Sequence record: MZ574432.2
Reading direction: 5' to 3' (one strand)
Length of the DNA stretch: 64,000 nt
In this document: positions 17,632 to 28,069 of the stretch, in pieces
Layout of the letters: the number at the start of each line of letters is the position of its first letter
Position numbering within the stretch: position 1 is the stretch's first letter
Program-made: the position numbers and the translations under genes
Notes under the pieces: model-generated
Seen by the model: the letters and a program-made list of their open reading frames with translations, nothing else
Database searches by the model: none
Told to the model about the DNA's origin: nothing

Positions 17632-18086
17632 CCGAAGATCAGCGCGTCGCCATCTTCAAAGCCTTCGCCGATCACTTGGCCCTCTATCCCACCCAGACCA
17701 CGTTGGTCAGCTTCGGCGTCGTCGGTAGCGAAACCTACAGCCGAGATGAAGTGCGCCACATCCTGCGGGCGATGGAGTCCGACGGTCTGGCGCGGAACGT
17801 CGAAGGCGCCTGGAAGCTGACGGCGGCCGGCGCTGTCTATCGCTACCTCTGCCAGAAGGCCGAGGGCGAGGAGTTCCGCCAGTCGGTCAGGATCAAGATT
17901 CGCAATCTGCGTTTCCTGCCGCAGTTCGACATCTATGAGGCGCGCCACATCCATGCCTCGCCGACGGAGCTACGCGCCCGCCAGTTGGTCGACGTCAACG
18001 GCCGCGAAGGCATCATGTGGCTCTCGGACGTCTACTATCCGCTCGGCGAACTGGCCGGCTGGAACCTCTCCAAGGCTCGCCCATGA
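17628..18086 (+). CDS. putative winged-helix protein
   Basis: EVRHILRAMESDGLA...WKLTAAG. Confidence 0.55.
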   Translation: MTEDQRVAIFKAFADHLALYPTQTTLVSFGVVGSETYSRDEVRHILRAMESDGLARNVEGAWKLTAAGAVYRYLCQKAEGEEFRQSVRIKIRNLRFLPQFDIYEARHIHASPTELRARQLVDVNGREGIMWLSDVYYPLGELAGWNLSKARP

Positions 18087-18895
18087 CCACCTTCCAGACC
18101 GTCAATCGTGAGTACACGCCGGGGCTTCAGCAAGGCGTCGACTATGGCTCCAAGCCAATCATCATCCTGGCTCGCTCTCCCAAGGCCGCGTTGCTGTGGG
18201 TCGCCGGGAGTTCCTTCCGGTCCGGCATCGGCATGACGAGCTATTCGCCGGCCTACATGAAGGTGATCGAAGGCCGCAGCCTGAGTCCGTGGGGCCGCTA
18301 TAAGACCCACGAGTTCGAGCGGCGTCAGCACGATCCTGCGGTGCGACTGTCCGGTGACCTGATCCTGGCCCGCGCCGAAAAGATCAACGAGTTCTTCGGC
18401 GCCGACGTCGCCGAGGCCCTGGCGGCCTCGGTCAAGGCCAAGAAGACCCTTCTGGTCGACGGCGGGGGCGAGCCGTTCAAGGCCGACGCCAAGACCGAAC
18501 GCAAGCAGCGTGAGGCCGCCGCGCTCAAGGTCGCCCTAGCCAACAACGTCAACCGCAGGGTCGAGCCCGAGGGCGTTGCGTGCTGCCGCCAGTGCGGGAT
18601 CAAGCTGCGGCCCTATCTGCAAACCCACTATCTGGAAGAGGGCCAGGAGCCGGCGACGTCCTTGGAGGAGCTTCAACGGCGTCACAACGCCGTCCAGGTC
18701 ATCTCGACCAAGGCCGCCCCCTGGGCCGACCCGAGCAAGGCCCATCTGATCGGCGTCTACGAGACCTGGGATCGGGAGAGCTACCGCAATGGCGCCTACT
18801 TCTGCCATGACGACTGCGCCAAGGACTATGCCACCCGCGCCGTCGAGGCCTACGCACCCCTGCCGGTCATTCCGATGGAAGAAGACGAAGAGTGA
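18083..18895 (+). CDS. hypothetical protein
   Basis: ATGA overlap; CRQC and FCHDDC motifs similar to 2696-3085. Confidence 0.7.
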   Translation: MTTFQTVNREYTPGLQQGVDYGSKPIIILARSPKAALLWVAGSSFRSGIGMTSYSPAYMKVIEGRSLSPWGRYKTHEFERRQHDPAVRLSGDLILARAEKINEFFGADVAEALAASVKAKKTLLVDGGGEPFKADAKTERKQREAAALKVALANNVNRRVEPEGVACCRQCGIKLRPYLQTHYLEEGQEPATSLEELQRRHNAVQVISTKAAPWADPSKAHLIGVYETWDRESYRNGAYFCHDDCAKDYATRAVEAYAPLPVIPMEEDEE

Positions 18896-18909
18896 GAAAC
18901 CGGTTGACG
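18891..18909 (+). promoter_or_regulatory. promoter element (variant)
   Basis: AGTGAGAAACCGGTTGACG, 17-nt spacer, TAATGT followed by GTCAC. Confidence 0.65.
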
Positions 18910-18958
18910 TGACGTTGGCCCTTGCCTAATGTCACGATCGACAACACGGGAGACTTGC

Positions 18959-19330
18959 TTGACCATCAAGACCGTCATCGACGAGAACCGGAAGGCGCCT
19001 AAGCAGCTACGCCACTGGGCGCAGCGCCATGGCCTGTACCTCACCCGGTTCAAGAAGCATGGGTGGCGGGACTATCCGATCCTCAAGACGCGCAAGAGCC
19101 GCTTCACCGTCGGCTGTCGCGACCCCGAGCGCCACATTCGCGTACTGCCGCACCTGGGCCGGATGGACATCTGCGACGGTTATATGGATCGCTGGTCCAA
19201 TTCCCTGGCCGCCAGCGTACCTATGCCGCTGACCCAGGCTGAGTTCGACGGCGCCATTGGCGAACTCCTTGCCAAAGCTCGCAAGCGCGTGGCCGAGACC
19301 CATCCTGCCCCCGAGGCCGCCCATGGCTAG
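18959..19330 (+). CDS. hypothetical protein
   Basis: TTG start behind GGGAGAC RBS (track ATG at 18929 lies in the -10 box). Confidence 0.7.
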   Translation: MTIKTVIDENRKAPKQLRHWAQRHGLYLTRFKKHGWRDYPILKTRKSRFTVGCRDPERHIRVLPHLGRMDICDGYMDRWSNSLAASVPMPLTQAEFDGAIGELLAKARKRVAETHPAPEAAHG

Positions 19331-20343
19331 CGCAGCGGCGATCGCCGGCATCGAGGCTCACGGCCTGTCGTGGAAGTACAGGCTCCATGGCCTGCGCGCC
19401 CAGGACTTTGGCGCGCTCAAGGGCACTATCGAGTCGCCAGCCCACGCCGAGAAGGCCCAGGCTCACTGGGATCGCATCGTCGAGGCCGTCCGCCTTGCCG
19501 CCGGCCGCTACCAGGACGATGCGGCCCTGGTCGACAAGCTGATCGACTGGGCGGACGAAAACGCCACCGTCTCGATCGTCGACATCGACGTCGTCTACCA
19601 GGGCGACCCGGACGCCTGGATGGATTCGCGGTTCGAAGACCTCGAAGCCCTGTATGACATCCTCGACTATCACCGCGTGTTGGTCATCAACTGATGCCCG
19701 CCCTGCTCGTCCGCGACCAGGACTACGACGTCGTTGTCAGCCACGATACGGTGTGGGTGAACGACGCCGTGGGCATGTGCATCGGACGCTTCGGGCCGCG
19801 CGGCGTCGATGTCCACGCCAACGCCCAGGACCAGCTTGAAGGCGCCCATTGTCTGGCGTGCTGCAAGCGAACCGCCAATCCCCACGGCGACTGGGGCTTT
19901 TTCGTCAACAACATGCTGAATCACCATCGTATCCAGCTAACCGATCAGGACCGCCCGGAGCGCATCTGACATGAGCCTGCACCAGCAAATCGCCGACATC
20001 GTGGGCGCCAACGTGTCTTCCATGCAGATGCGGACGGAGTTCGAAAGCGCGGCCTCCGACATCGTGGCGCTGCTCGGCCCACACCTGGAACTCGCCTTGG
20101 TCGTCAAGGAAGTTGAGACCGTCCTGCCCGGATATGGCTGGCTGGTACGGGCTGATGAAAGCCAGGGCTATTTCGCCAACATCATGTCGCCCGACTATGT
20201 CTCGATCGTCGAGCAGTCCGGCGGCCGGTTCGTCGACCGTTCCTTGGGCAAACGCTATCCGGCCTACGCGCCGACGCCGGTCCAGGCGCTCAAGACGGCG
20301 TTTGATGCAGTGATCGCCGCCGTCAAGGCTCAGGCCAACTGAC

Positions 20344-21537
20344 ATGCTGATCCCTGACGATCTGCGCATCCTGCGTGCGGCTTTCGAGGCCCTCAACCGC
20401 GACATCCGCTTCGTGGGCGGCTGGGTTCGCGCTTACATGCTGGGCGAGGCGCCCAAGGACATCGACCTCTGCACCGACGCCAGCATCGAGGAAATGAAGG
20501 AGATCGCCGAAGCCTGCGACGTGGTGCTTGATCTCTACCCCACGGGCGAGGAGCATGGCACCATGACCTTCCGCCTCGACAGCGGGCTCTACGAAATCAC
20601 CTGCCTGCGTCAGGAAACCGCCCACGATGGCCGGCGCGCAGACTGCGTGTTCGGGCAGGACTGGGACGCCGATTTGGCCCGGCGCGATCTGACGATCAAC
20701 GCCATGGCCATGGACTTCGACGGGCGCCTCTACGATCCCCACGGCGGCGCCGTGGACCTCAAGGCCGGCCGCGTACGCTTTGTCGGTGATCCGGTTGATC
20801 GGATGCGCGAGGACTATCTGCGCATCTTGCGCTGGCTGCGCTTCCACGCCCGTTACTCCAAGGGACCGCTGGATTTTGACGCCCGCAACGCCGCCGAGGA
20901 CCTTCGAGATGGTCTGGGGCCGATCAAGGCAGTCCGAACCAAGATCGGCTACACCGTCTCTCGCGAGCGGGTCTGGGACGAGATGAAGAAGATCATCGCC
21001 GGCCCGCGCTCGGCCTACATCCTCTTCCAGATGGTTCGCATGCGCCTGGACGAGCCGCTGGGCTTTGATGGGATCGTCATCGGCGACCGCTACAACGCCG
21101 TCGTGCGCGAAACCGCCGATCCGATCGTGAGGCTGGTGGCGTTGTTCGAGGATACCCGCGACATCGAAGCCCTGGCGACCGATTGGAAATGGAGCCGCGA
21201 GGAGCGGAGCCGCGCGATCTTCCTGTCCAAGTGCCTCCTGGCCGAAGATGTCGACGTTCTCAGCCTCGTCCTCATGGGCGTGTGCGACAAGGACGCCGCC
21301 GAGGACATCTGCATCCTGCGGGAGGATGCCGACCTTTTGGCCTACGTCCGCCGCTGGACGCCGCCAGAGTTTCCGGTAAAGGGTCAGGACCTCCTAGATT
21401 TAGGCATGAAGCCTGGGCCGCAGATGGGCGTTCACCTTGCCAGCCTCCGCCGCCTTTTCGCCGATCATCGCGGGGGCGTCACCAAAGAACAACTGCTCGC
21501 CACCCTGCGCCTGGAGATAGACCTGTGCCCGTCTTGA
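20344..21537 (+). CDS. cca: tRNA nucleotidyltransferase (CCA-adding enzyme / poly(A) polymerase family, class II)
   Basis: FVGGWVR, KDIDL, RRDLTINAM, EDYLRILRWLRF, SRERVWDEMKKI. Confidence 0.9.
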   Translation: MLIPDDLRILRAAFEALNRDIRFVGGWVRAYMLGEAPKDIDLCTDASIEEMKEIAEACDVVLDLYPTGEEHGTMTFRLDSGLYEITCLRQETAHDGRRADCVFGQDWDADLARRDLTINAMAMDFDGRLYDPHGGAVDLKAGRVRFVGDPVDRMREDYLRILRWLRFHARYSKGPLDFDARNAAEDLRDGLGPIKAVRTKIGYTVSRERVWDEMKKIIAGPRSAYILFQMVRMRLDEPLGFDGIVIGDRYNAVVRETADPIVRLVALFEDTRDIEALATDWKWSREERSRAIFLSKCLLAEDVDVLSLVLMGVCDKDAAEDICILREDADLLAYVRRWTPPEFPVKGQDLLDLGMKPGPQMGVHLASLRRLFADHRGGVTKEQLLATLRLEIDLCPS

Positions 21538-22060
21538 ATCCCATTCTCGAAACCGAGATCATTCGGATCATCGACAACAAATCGCCCCTTACGGACAAGC
21601 CGACCGTGATCGGAGCCGTCTCCTTCGTCGGAGGCATCCTCTCGGACCGCATCACCCATCTGATCGCCTTCCATGTCGAGGGGTGGGGTCTCAATCGCTG
21701 GGCCAACTTCACCTTCAACATCGCCGGGCCGGACCCGCTGAACATGAGCGTGCAGAACCTCACCTACCGTGAGGACCTTCGTGTGCCGGGCACCGAGGTC
21801 TGGGACGAGGACGACCTGACCGCCCTGGCCTCCAAACTGCTCTATGTCTAGCATCGATGCGATCCACCTGCTGACCTCACCCAGTGGCGACAACATCTAC
21901 CTCGCCGAGGAGGATGTCGATCCGTTCGCCACCTGGGACCCGCGCTGGAAGGTCGTTCGGTACGATCGGCTCCCCTGCGATGGTCGCATGAGGCAGTTCA
22001 TTGGCTGGGCCGGTTACCTCACCGACGCCAAGGTCCTGGCGCAGGCCAACCTGAGCAAGA

Positions 22061-22079
22061 TGCAAGAATCCAGTTGACA
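22061..22079 (+). promoter_or_regulatory. conserved promoter element
   Basis: TGCAAGAATCCAGTTGACA; encodes the C-terminus (MQESS*) of the upstream gene. Confidence 0.75.
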
Positions 22080-22126
22080 AACGCCGGCGCCTTCTCCAGG
22101 GTGCCGGCGTTTTCAATGGAGGTTCC

Positions 22127-22387
22127 GTGAGCAATCGACGCGCCAGCTTGAACGGGGGCCAGACCAAGCCGCTGACACCCAGCGCCATCGCGGTGCTGCG
22201 TAGCCTGCGAGACTTCGGTCCGCGCCCGCGTCAGGAGATCAATCCTGGCCACAACGATCGGTTCGAGCGCGAAGACCTGACTGAGGTCTACCGGGACGTC
22301 AGCCCCTATGCGTCCCACAAGGGCGCCTTGATCCCATTCGTGCGCATCGCCGAGGAAGGTCTGCGCACCCTGCGAGAAATCGGTTGA
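22127..22387 (+). CDS. small hypothetical protein, possibly winged-helix-like
   Basis: GGAGG RBS + GTG; bounded by two promoter elements. Confidence 0.7.
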   Translation: MSNRRASLNGGQTKPLTPSAIAVLRSLRDFGPRPRQEINPGHNDRFEREDLTEVYRDVSPYASHKGALIPFVRIAEEGLRTLREIG

Positions 22388-22389
22388 CA
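22371..22389 (+). promoter_or_regulatory. conserved promoter element
   Basis: TGCGAGAAATCGGTTGACA. Confidence 0.75.
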
Positions 22390-22440
22390 CACCTGTCGGT
22401 ATAGAGCACCTTCAGCGTCACAACTTCAACGGGGAGCCCC

Positions 22441-22872
22441 ATGCAGCCCAACGCCTCGAACGTCCGCAACGCGCTGATCCTCCTCAAGGAGGAGGACCCC
22501 AATCTGGCGCACCTGCTGGACCCGGTCATAAACGATCGCGGCTCGCTGAGCACCCTGGCCGAAATCCTCACCAAGACCTACGAGGCCGGCTACAACCGCC
22601 CGACCCTGACCAGCTACGAAGTCACGGGCCACCGCACCGGCATCTTCCCGCTGGACATGCTGCGCCGGGGCGAGTGCTGGCCGACGACGACGGACGACAC
22701 CAACCTGATCGAAAAGCTCCTGACCCGCGAGGACGCCGTGATCGCCCGCCTGCCCAAGACGGTGACGATCCGCATCACCACCTGCGGCACCGAGTACGCC
22801 CAGATGAGCGTCATCGACCGCTGGGCCTCGTTCGGCTGGACCGCGCGTGTTCTCCTGGAGGACGTGGCTTGA
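22441..22872 (+). CDS. hypothetical protein
   Basis: GGGGAG RBS. Confidence 0.75.
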   Translation: MQPNASNVRNALILLKEEDPNLAHLLDPVINDRGSLSTLAEILTKTYEAGYNRPTLTSYEVTGHRTGIFPLDMLRRGECWPTTTDDTNLIEKLLTREDAVIARLPKTVTIRITTCGTEYAQMSVIDRWASFGWTARVLLEDVA

Positions 22873-23545
22873 GCGCCTGGGTCAAGCAACCCATTTCCGA
22901 AGTCGGCGAGCGGCGTGAAATCCTGACCTCGATAGACCGTGAGTGGGTCATTCTTCGCTGGGAAGATCGACAGGATCACGCCGGCCGGTGCGATACCGTC
23001 ACGCGTCGTCCGGGTTGGACCGACGGGACCTACGATACCTCGGGGAGCATCGCCCATCACGGCTTGCTGTTGGTCTTCGAACCCACCCACTTCTACGCCC
23101 TGCCTGATGAAGGAGAAGACGATGCGCCGCAGCCTGCATAAGACCGTCACCCTTTTTGGCCGGCAGTTCGGCCTGATCCAGGCCTACAGTAAGGCCTACG
23201 ATCACTCGATCCTGCATGGGAAGTCGACGATCGACCGTTCGGCCTGCCTCCGGGTCCTGGGCCTGGGCGTTGTCCTTCAGTCTCATCAGTCGACCAAGTC
23301 CTGGTGCGTGGCCCTGGGCCATGAATGGCTGTTCGACATCCAACTGAGCGGCACCTTCGCCGGCGCGCCCAAGCCCCCGCCCAATCCGTTCGTCAAGGAC
23401 GCCCATCGCGCCTACGAGCCGCACATCGGCCTGTGCCTGATCCTTCTGGGCTCGGTCAGCAAGGCCCTGTGGGCCTGGGACGGCTTTGACGCCACCTCGG
23501 TGCTGGCGCCGGGGTCTGGTCGCGTGATGCGCTGGAGCCATCGCT

Positions 23546-24769
23546 TTGGCTAACCTCGACCTGCTCAACGAGTTCTGGACGCGCACCGAGCGCGAGGACG
23601 AGTTTCGCAACTATCGGGATTTCGTCCGCCAAGCGCGCGCCTTCACGCTCGACGATGATCTCGCCGGCGTGGTCAGCAAGCTGGGGGCGCGCGCCGACGA
23701 CAAGACGCTCCTACGCTACAAGCATGCCGCGCGTCTACCCTATCCCAAGATGTGGATAGAGGGCAGCTTCGAGCACCTGTTTGCCGACAACGGCTCCTCC
23801 CGGCACATGTTCGGCCGCCCCGAGCGCGTGGGCTGGATGCTCAAGCAAGGCGACGAGGTTTATGGCCCGGACGTGATCCAGGCCATCCGCGTCGCGCGCA
23901 CTGACGGCGGCGGACCCCTGGCCGGCGGAGACCTGTTGGCGTCGGTCTACCCGGCCATCTTCCGCTGGTTCCCTGAAGGCCGCATCGACTACCGTCCCAT
24001 CCGGCTGCGCGATGGCAACGCCGCCGCCACGAAGTGGTTTGAGGAACTGGTGGCGGCCGAGCAGGACTTCAACAGCCATTCCGCCTCGATGCGGTTGGCC
24101 TGGACACCGAATGACCCAGGCGTCGAGCGCCAGATCGGCGTGGACGCCATGGAACTGCTGCGCCGCGCCAGTCAGGAGACCGACCGGCTCCCCCTGGCCG
24201 GGCAGGCGGTCGTGTCGATGGAAGGGCGCGCGCTCGACGCCCTGGTCCGGCGCAACACCTACCCCACCTTGACCGAAGGCGTGAAGGAGCTACTGGGCGC
24301 GGCGCTCTATGATCAGACCGGGGACCTTGGGCTCATCGTCTCGGCCCTGGCGCTGATCAACGAAATCCCCATCCGACGCATCGAGTACCAGCCGCGCGGC
24401 AGCGTTCGGGCTGGTGGTCGCATCCGTCCCTACATGCGCTCGACGATCGTCTCGATCGAGGTGCCCGCCAACCGCCGGCGCGTCAAGGACATCGAGAAGA
24501 CCATCAAGCTTCGTGTCGAGGCCGCCAAGCGCGCCCGCCATGAGGTTCGCGGCCATTGGCTGACGTCCGACAAGCCGCCCCGCGCCGAAGAGACCCGCGA
24601 AGAAAAGCGTTGGGAGACCTACTTCGATCGGCACGGCAAACTCCGCTGGCGGACCTGGATCGCCAACCACATGCGTGGCAGCGCCGAGATTGGCTTCGTT
24701 CAGCATGTCTACGAGGTCACAGAGAACCCGCGCAAGAAAGCTGTTGACAACTCCCTGTCAGGTCTCTAG
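23546..24769 (+). CDS. hypothetical protein, 407 aa
   Basis: Long ORF with host-like codons; C-terminal RHEVRGHW motif; reads through promoter element. Confidence 0.75.
   Translation: MANLDLLNEFWTRTEREDEFRNYRDFVRQARAFTLDDDLAGVVSKLGARADDKTLLRYKHAARLPYPKMWIEGSFEHLFADNGSSRHMFGRPERVGWMLKQGDEVYGPDVIQAIRVARTDGGGPLAGGDLLASVYPAIFRWFPEGRIDYRPIRLRDGNAAATKWFEELVAAEQDFNSHSASMRLAWTPNDPGVERQIGVDAMELLRRASQETDRLPLAGQAVVSMEGRALDALVRRNTYPTLTEGVKELLGAALYDQTGDLGLIVSALALINEIPIRRIEYQPRGSVRAGGRIRPYMRSTIVSIEVPANRRRVKDIEKTIKLRVEAAKRARHEVRGHWLTSDKPPRAEETREEKRWETYFDRHGKLRWRTWIANHMRGSAEIGFVQHVYEVTENPRKKAVDNSLSGL
24731..24749 (+). promoter_or_regulatory. conserved promoter element
   Basis: CGCAAGAAAGCTGTTGACA, 17-nt spacer, TAGCTA. 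Confidence 0.85.
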
Positions 24770-24801
24770 CTATGCAAGACGTTCAACAGGAAAGGCCCGC
24801 C

Positions 24802-25320
24802 ATGACCGAAGCTTCAGAAGGCAAGCCCCTCTACTACGCCGTCATCAGTGGCTCGGCGGAACATGCAGGCATGCCCGCTTCGATCGTGGCCGTCTTTGAC
24901 GAGACCGCCAAGGCCGTCACCGGCCCCGCGATCGTCATCGAGCGCGACTACAACAACAACCTGACCCGCGTGACCAAGCCCGACGCTAACCCGATCTGGG
25001 GCAGGCGCACGGCCACGGGTCTGGTCCGAGCGTCCAAGAGCAACATCCTGGCGCGGTTCGACGACCGCGACAAGGCTGAAGCGGCGATGGAGGCGGCGTA
25101 CAAGAACGCCAGAACCAGCATTGATGAGTTCGGCGACATCGCCGGCATCAAGACGCTGAACGAGGAGATCGGCGCCTTGGAAAAGCGCGTCAGGGAGCTT
25201 CGCGTCGAACTCCAGGAAAAGCGTCGGGTCTCGTGGGAAGACCGCTTCCAGAAGACCCTGGCCATTCTCACCGAAGGCGGTGCGACCGAGGTCTGGAAAG
25301 ACCCCGAGGCGTCGACTTAA
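24802..25320 (+). CDS. hypothetical protein with coiled-coil C-terminus
   Basis: Start at ATG 24802 behind AGGAAAGG. Confidence 0.7.
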   Translation: MTEASEGKPLYYAVISGSAEHAGMPASIVAVFDETAKAVTGPAIVIERDYNNNLTRVTKPDANPIWGRRTATGLVRASKSNILARFDDRDKAEAAMEAAYKNARTSIDEFGDIAGIKTLNEEIGALEKRVRELRVELQEKRRVSWEDRFQKTLAILTEGGATEVWKDPEAST

Positions 25321-25373
25321 AGCCACCTTCTTCTCCGGCCCCTGGCCGCCGCATCATTTATCGATAGGACCCC

Positions 25374-26003
25374 ATGTACCCCAAGCACCACCTCATTCTC
25401 CACGGGATCGAAGACGCCGGCATGCAAGGCATGGTCCGCGCCATTCTCGGCCCGGACTACTCCTCGATCATCGTCTCCGAGAACATGATCCACCAGGAGT
25501 GGAACAACCCCAAGGCCGTGGCTGTCCTTCTCCAGCCTGTCTATGACGACGAAAACGACCGCCTGGGCGTGATCGTTGGCAAGCGCGCCATCGCGCCGCA
25601 GATCGGCGAGTGGGCGATCCCCGGCGGTTTCGTGCAGAACTTCGGCCGATCGATCGAAGAAGAAGCCGTCACCGAGTTCGAGCAGGAGATGGGCATCGCC
25701 GGCCTCACCGCCGACACCGTGCGCATGTGGCATAGCTATCCCACGCCCAACGGTCGCATCCTGTTCTTCTGTGTCAACGGCCAGACCCTGAAGGCCCGCG
25801 AGATCAAGGAGGTCCTGGGCGCAGGCAAGGGCGACGGCGAGATGAGCGACTTCAAGGTCGCCTATGAGCCGTTCCAACTGGCCTTCCCGTTCCACACCAT
25901 CGTCATGGAGAAGTTCTTCCGGTCCTTCCAGGCCGGCGCCAAGGAATTCCCCATGCCCGGCTATGGTCTGATCGCCTCTCGGGGCCATCTGCCGCAACGC
26001 TAG
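25374..26003 (+). CDS. Nudix hydrolase (divergent Nudix box)
   Basis: NPKAVAV...GEWAIPGGFV...EEEAVTEFEQEMGI. Confidence 0.75.
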   Translation: MYPKHHLILHGIEDAGMQGMVRAILGPDYSSIIVSENMIHQEWNNPKAVAVLLQPVYDDENDRLGVIVGKRAIAPQIGEWAIPGGFVQNFGRSIEEEAVTEFEQEMGIAGLTADTVRMWHSYPTPNGRILFFCVNGQTLKAREIKEVLGAGKGDGEMSDFKVAYEPFQLAFPFHTIVMEKFFRSFQAGAKEFPMPGYGLIASRGHLPQR

Positions 26004-26206
26004 GAGAAGCCTATGCCCGTCACCCGCCTTCGTAGCCCGGAGATGGTCGACAAGATCATCGCCGACTTCAAGAAGACCCATAACCTGGACGCGACCGCCA
26101 AGACGTTCAACGCGTCCGTCTCGGGCATCCGAGCGGTCCTGCGCTGCCATGCGCCGGACCTGCTTTCCGAGCGCCGGCAAGCCCCGGCCGACAAGAGCTA
26201 AAATTC

Positions 26207-26225
26207 TACAAGAAAACGGTTGACA
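26207..26225 (+). promoter_or_regulatory. conserved promoter element
   Basis: TACAAGAAAACGGTTGACA, 18-nt spacer, TAAGGT. Confidence 0.8.
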
Positions 26226-26276
26226 CTCCTCGGCGCGCTCGCCTAAGGTGCGCCCATAGCCGCCGAGGAGAGACAG

Positions 26277-27110
26277 ATGTCGATCACCATGCCCGCCCAA
26301 CAAGACGCCGAAGGCAACTGGCCCGAGGGCGCGTGGCTCAATGTCGAGCCGGTGTACGAGGGAGGCTACAGCACCTCGTACGGTTACGACCACAAACTCA
26401 AGCGCGACACCTACAAGTTCAGTGACTTCGACCCGGCGCTCGGTCGCTTCGTCGAAGTCCAGCCGATGTTCGGCCCCTATCGCCGCGATCGAATCGTCGG
26501 CTATCGCCCTTCCGCTTTCGCCGACCGCGTGATGGCCCAGACCTATAAGGGCTGCGTCCTGAGCCTGGGCGAGGTCAACGGCTACCACGACAGCGACTTC
26601 TACGCGATCGTCTGGGACGAGGCCGACCAAGCAACGCGTCGCATCGAGTACGCCTCGACGCGCGGCTGGACCTACGATTGCGGCGCCTCGATCGACGCGA
26701 CTGATGAGGTCAAGGCCGCCTACGCCGCCTATGAAGAGGCCCAGTATCGGCGCCGGGTCGAGGAGCGTGAACGCGCCACCCAGGCCAAGCGCGAGGAAGT
26801 CGCCAAGGCCCTGGCGGTCGACATCGCCGCCATCGAGCGCCTCGAAAGCGCCTACGGTCGTATCGACCCGCGCCCGATCGCCACGAGCGGTCGCTACAAC
26901 AACCACTATTCGTCGCTCTCGAAGTCGTTCGGCTTCACGCGAGAGTCCAACACCCTGGACAGCATCATCGCCTTGGCGATCAGCGGCAAGAGCGGCCGGC
27001 TGCGCAACGCCTTCCGCAAGAAGATGGCCGAGCAGGTCCTGGCCTGGATGGTCGACCCCACCCCGCAGTACCCCACGCCCCTGTCCCGCAAACAACTCCA
27101 ATACATCTGA
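26277..27110 (+). CDS. conserved phage hypothetical protein
   Basis: GAGGAGAG RBS; NGYHDSDFYAIVWD...YASTR. Confidence 0.8.
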   Translation: MSITMPAQQDAEGNWPEGAWLNVEPVYEGGYSTSYGYDHKLKRDTYKFSDFDPALGRFVEVQPMFGPYRRDRIVGYRPSAFADRVMAQTYKGCVLSLGEVNGYHDSDFYAIVWDEADQATRRIEYASTRGWTYDCGASIDATDEVKAAYAAYEEAQYRRRVEERERATQAKREEVAKALAVDIAAIERLESAYGRIDPRPIATSGRYNNHYSSLSKSFGFTRESNTLDSIIALAISGKSGRLRNAFRKKMAEQVLAWMVDPTPQYPTPLSRKQLQYI

Positions 27111-27121
27111 AGGAGGTCAGC

Positions 27122-28069
27122 TTGATCGACATCAATCACCCCGAGCCCGTCACCCACGGCAACTTCGCCCTGATGTGGTCGGGCGGCGCCTTCGAGGTCT
27201 TCGAACTGCGCAGCCGCTTCCAGGACGGCGAGGTTCAAGACCCGATCCTGCGCTTCCACGCCATGGAGGTCACCGACCCCTATCCGATCATCCTGAACCA
27301 TCGCGAAATCCTCGCCCGCTACGACGACAAGGACGAGGCGCTGTTCTGCGCCGAGGCCGCTCGCGCCGCCTGGGCGAGCGGCGAGGATGCCCTGAAAGAG
27401 CTTCAAGACGAGTTCGACCGCAAGAAGAAGTTCCTCACCGAGCGTCGCGATCGCTATGCTCGTGATCTGGCCATCGCCGGCCGCGAGAAAATTGACGCCG
27501 GCGAGATCAAGCCGATGACCATCCCGCTCACGGATCGCGAGACCGATCAGGCCATGGAGGCCTCCTATCGCACCGACGCGGCCGTCGAAAGCGCCCTGCG
27601 CAACATCACCGAGGTCCTGCCGCCGGTCAGTGAGTTCCCTGGCATCCCGGACTCCTGGTACGAGAAGCCCGTCTGCAAGGTCGAATGGGCCAGCGAGGAC
27701 GGCGATCCCTCCGTCGGCATCCCCGGCTGGCATGGGCTCGTTCTCCAGCCCGACCAGTCCGGCACGATCCTGGGCGAAATCCTCGCCGATCTGGCCCAGG
27801 ACCTCGGCGACGCCCGCGTCATCCCCGGCGCCGACCACTCGCGCCTGGAGAACTGGCAGCGCCTGGAAGCGGCCGAAGCCGTCCTCAAGCTGCTGACCGA
27901 CGTCCTGGAAGACCAGACCTCGACGCACATGCGCTTCGAGACCAGCCGCGCCGCCCTCGACGAGCGCGTTCGTGTCCTGCTGGGCTTCATGAAGGTCAAC
28001 GCCGAAAAGCTCCTGGACGCCCTGGCCGTCTGGGAAGACATCGTCGCCACCCAGAAGGCCACCGCATGA
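27122..28069 (+). CDS. hypothetical protein
   Basis: GGAGG RBS + TTG. Confidence 0.75.
   Translation: MIDINHPEPVTHGNFALMWSGGAFEVFELRSRFQDGEVQDPILRFHAMEVTDPYPIILNHREILARYDDKDEALFCAEAARAAWASGEDALKELQDEFDRKKKFLTERRDRYARDLAIAGREKIDAGEIKPMTIPLTDRETDQAMEASYRTDAAVESALRNITEVLPPVSEFPGIPDSWYEKPVCKVEWASEDGDPSVGIPGWHGLVLQPDQSGTILGEILADLAQDLGDARVIPGADHSRLENWQRLEAAEAVLKLLTDVLEDQTSTHMRFETSRAALDERVRVLLGFMKVNAEKLLDALAVWEDIVATQKATA

Noticed and set aside
25317-27101. 594-aa minus-strand ORF and many similar antisense ORFs (e.g. 57842-59047, 11611-12645, 7247-8284)
   Set aside because: Shadow ORFs: they lie opposite well-supported plus-strand genes, lack RBSs, and are expected in GC-rich DNA with strong codon bias
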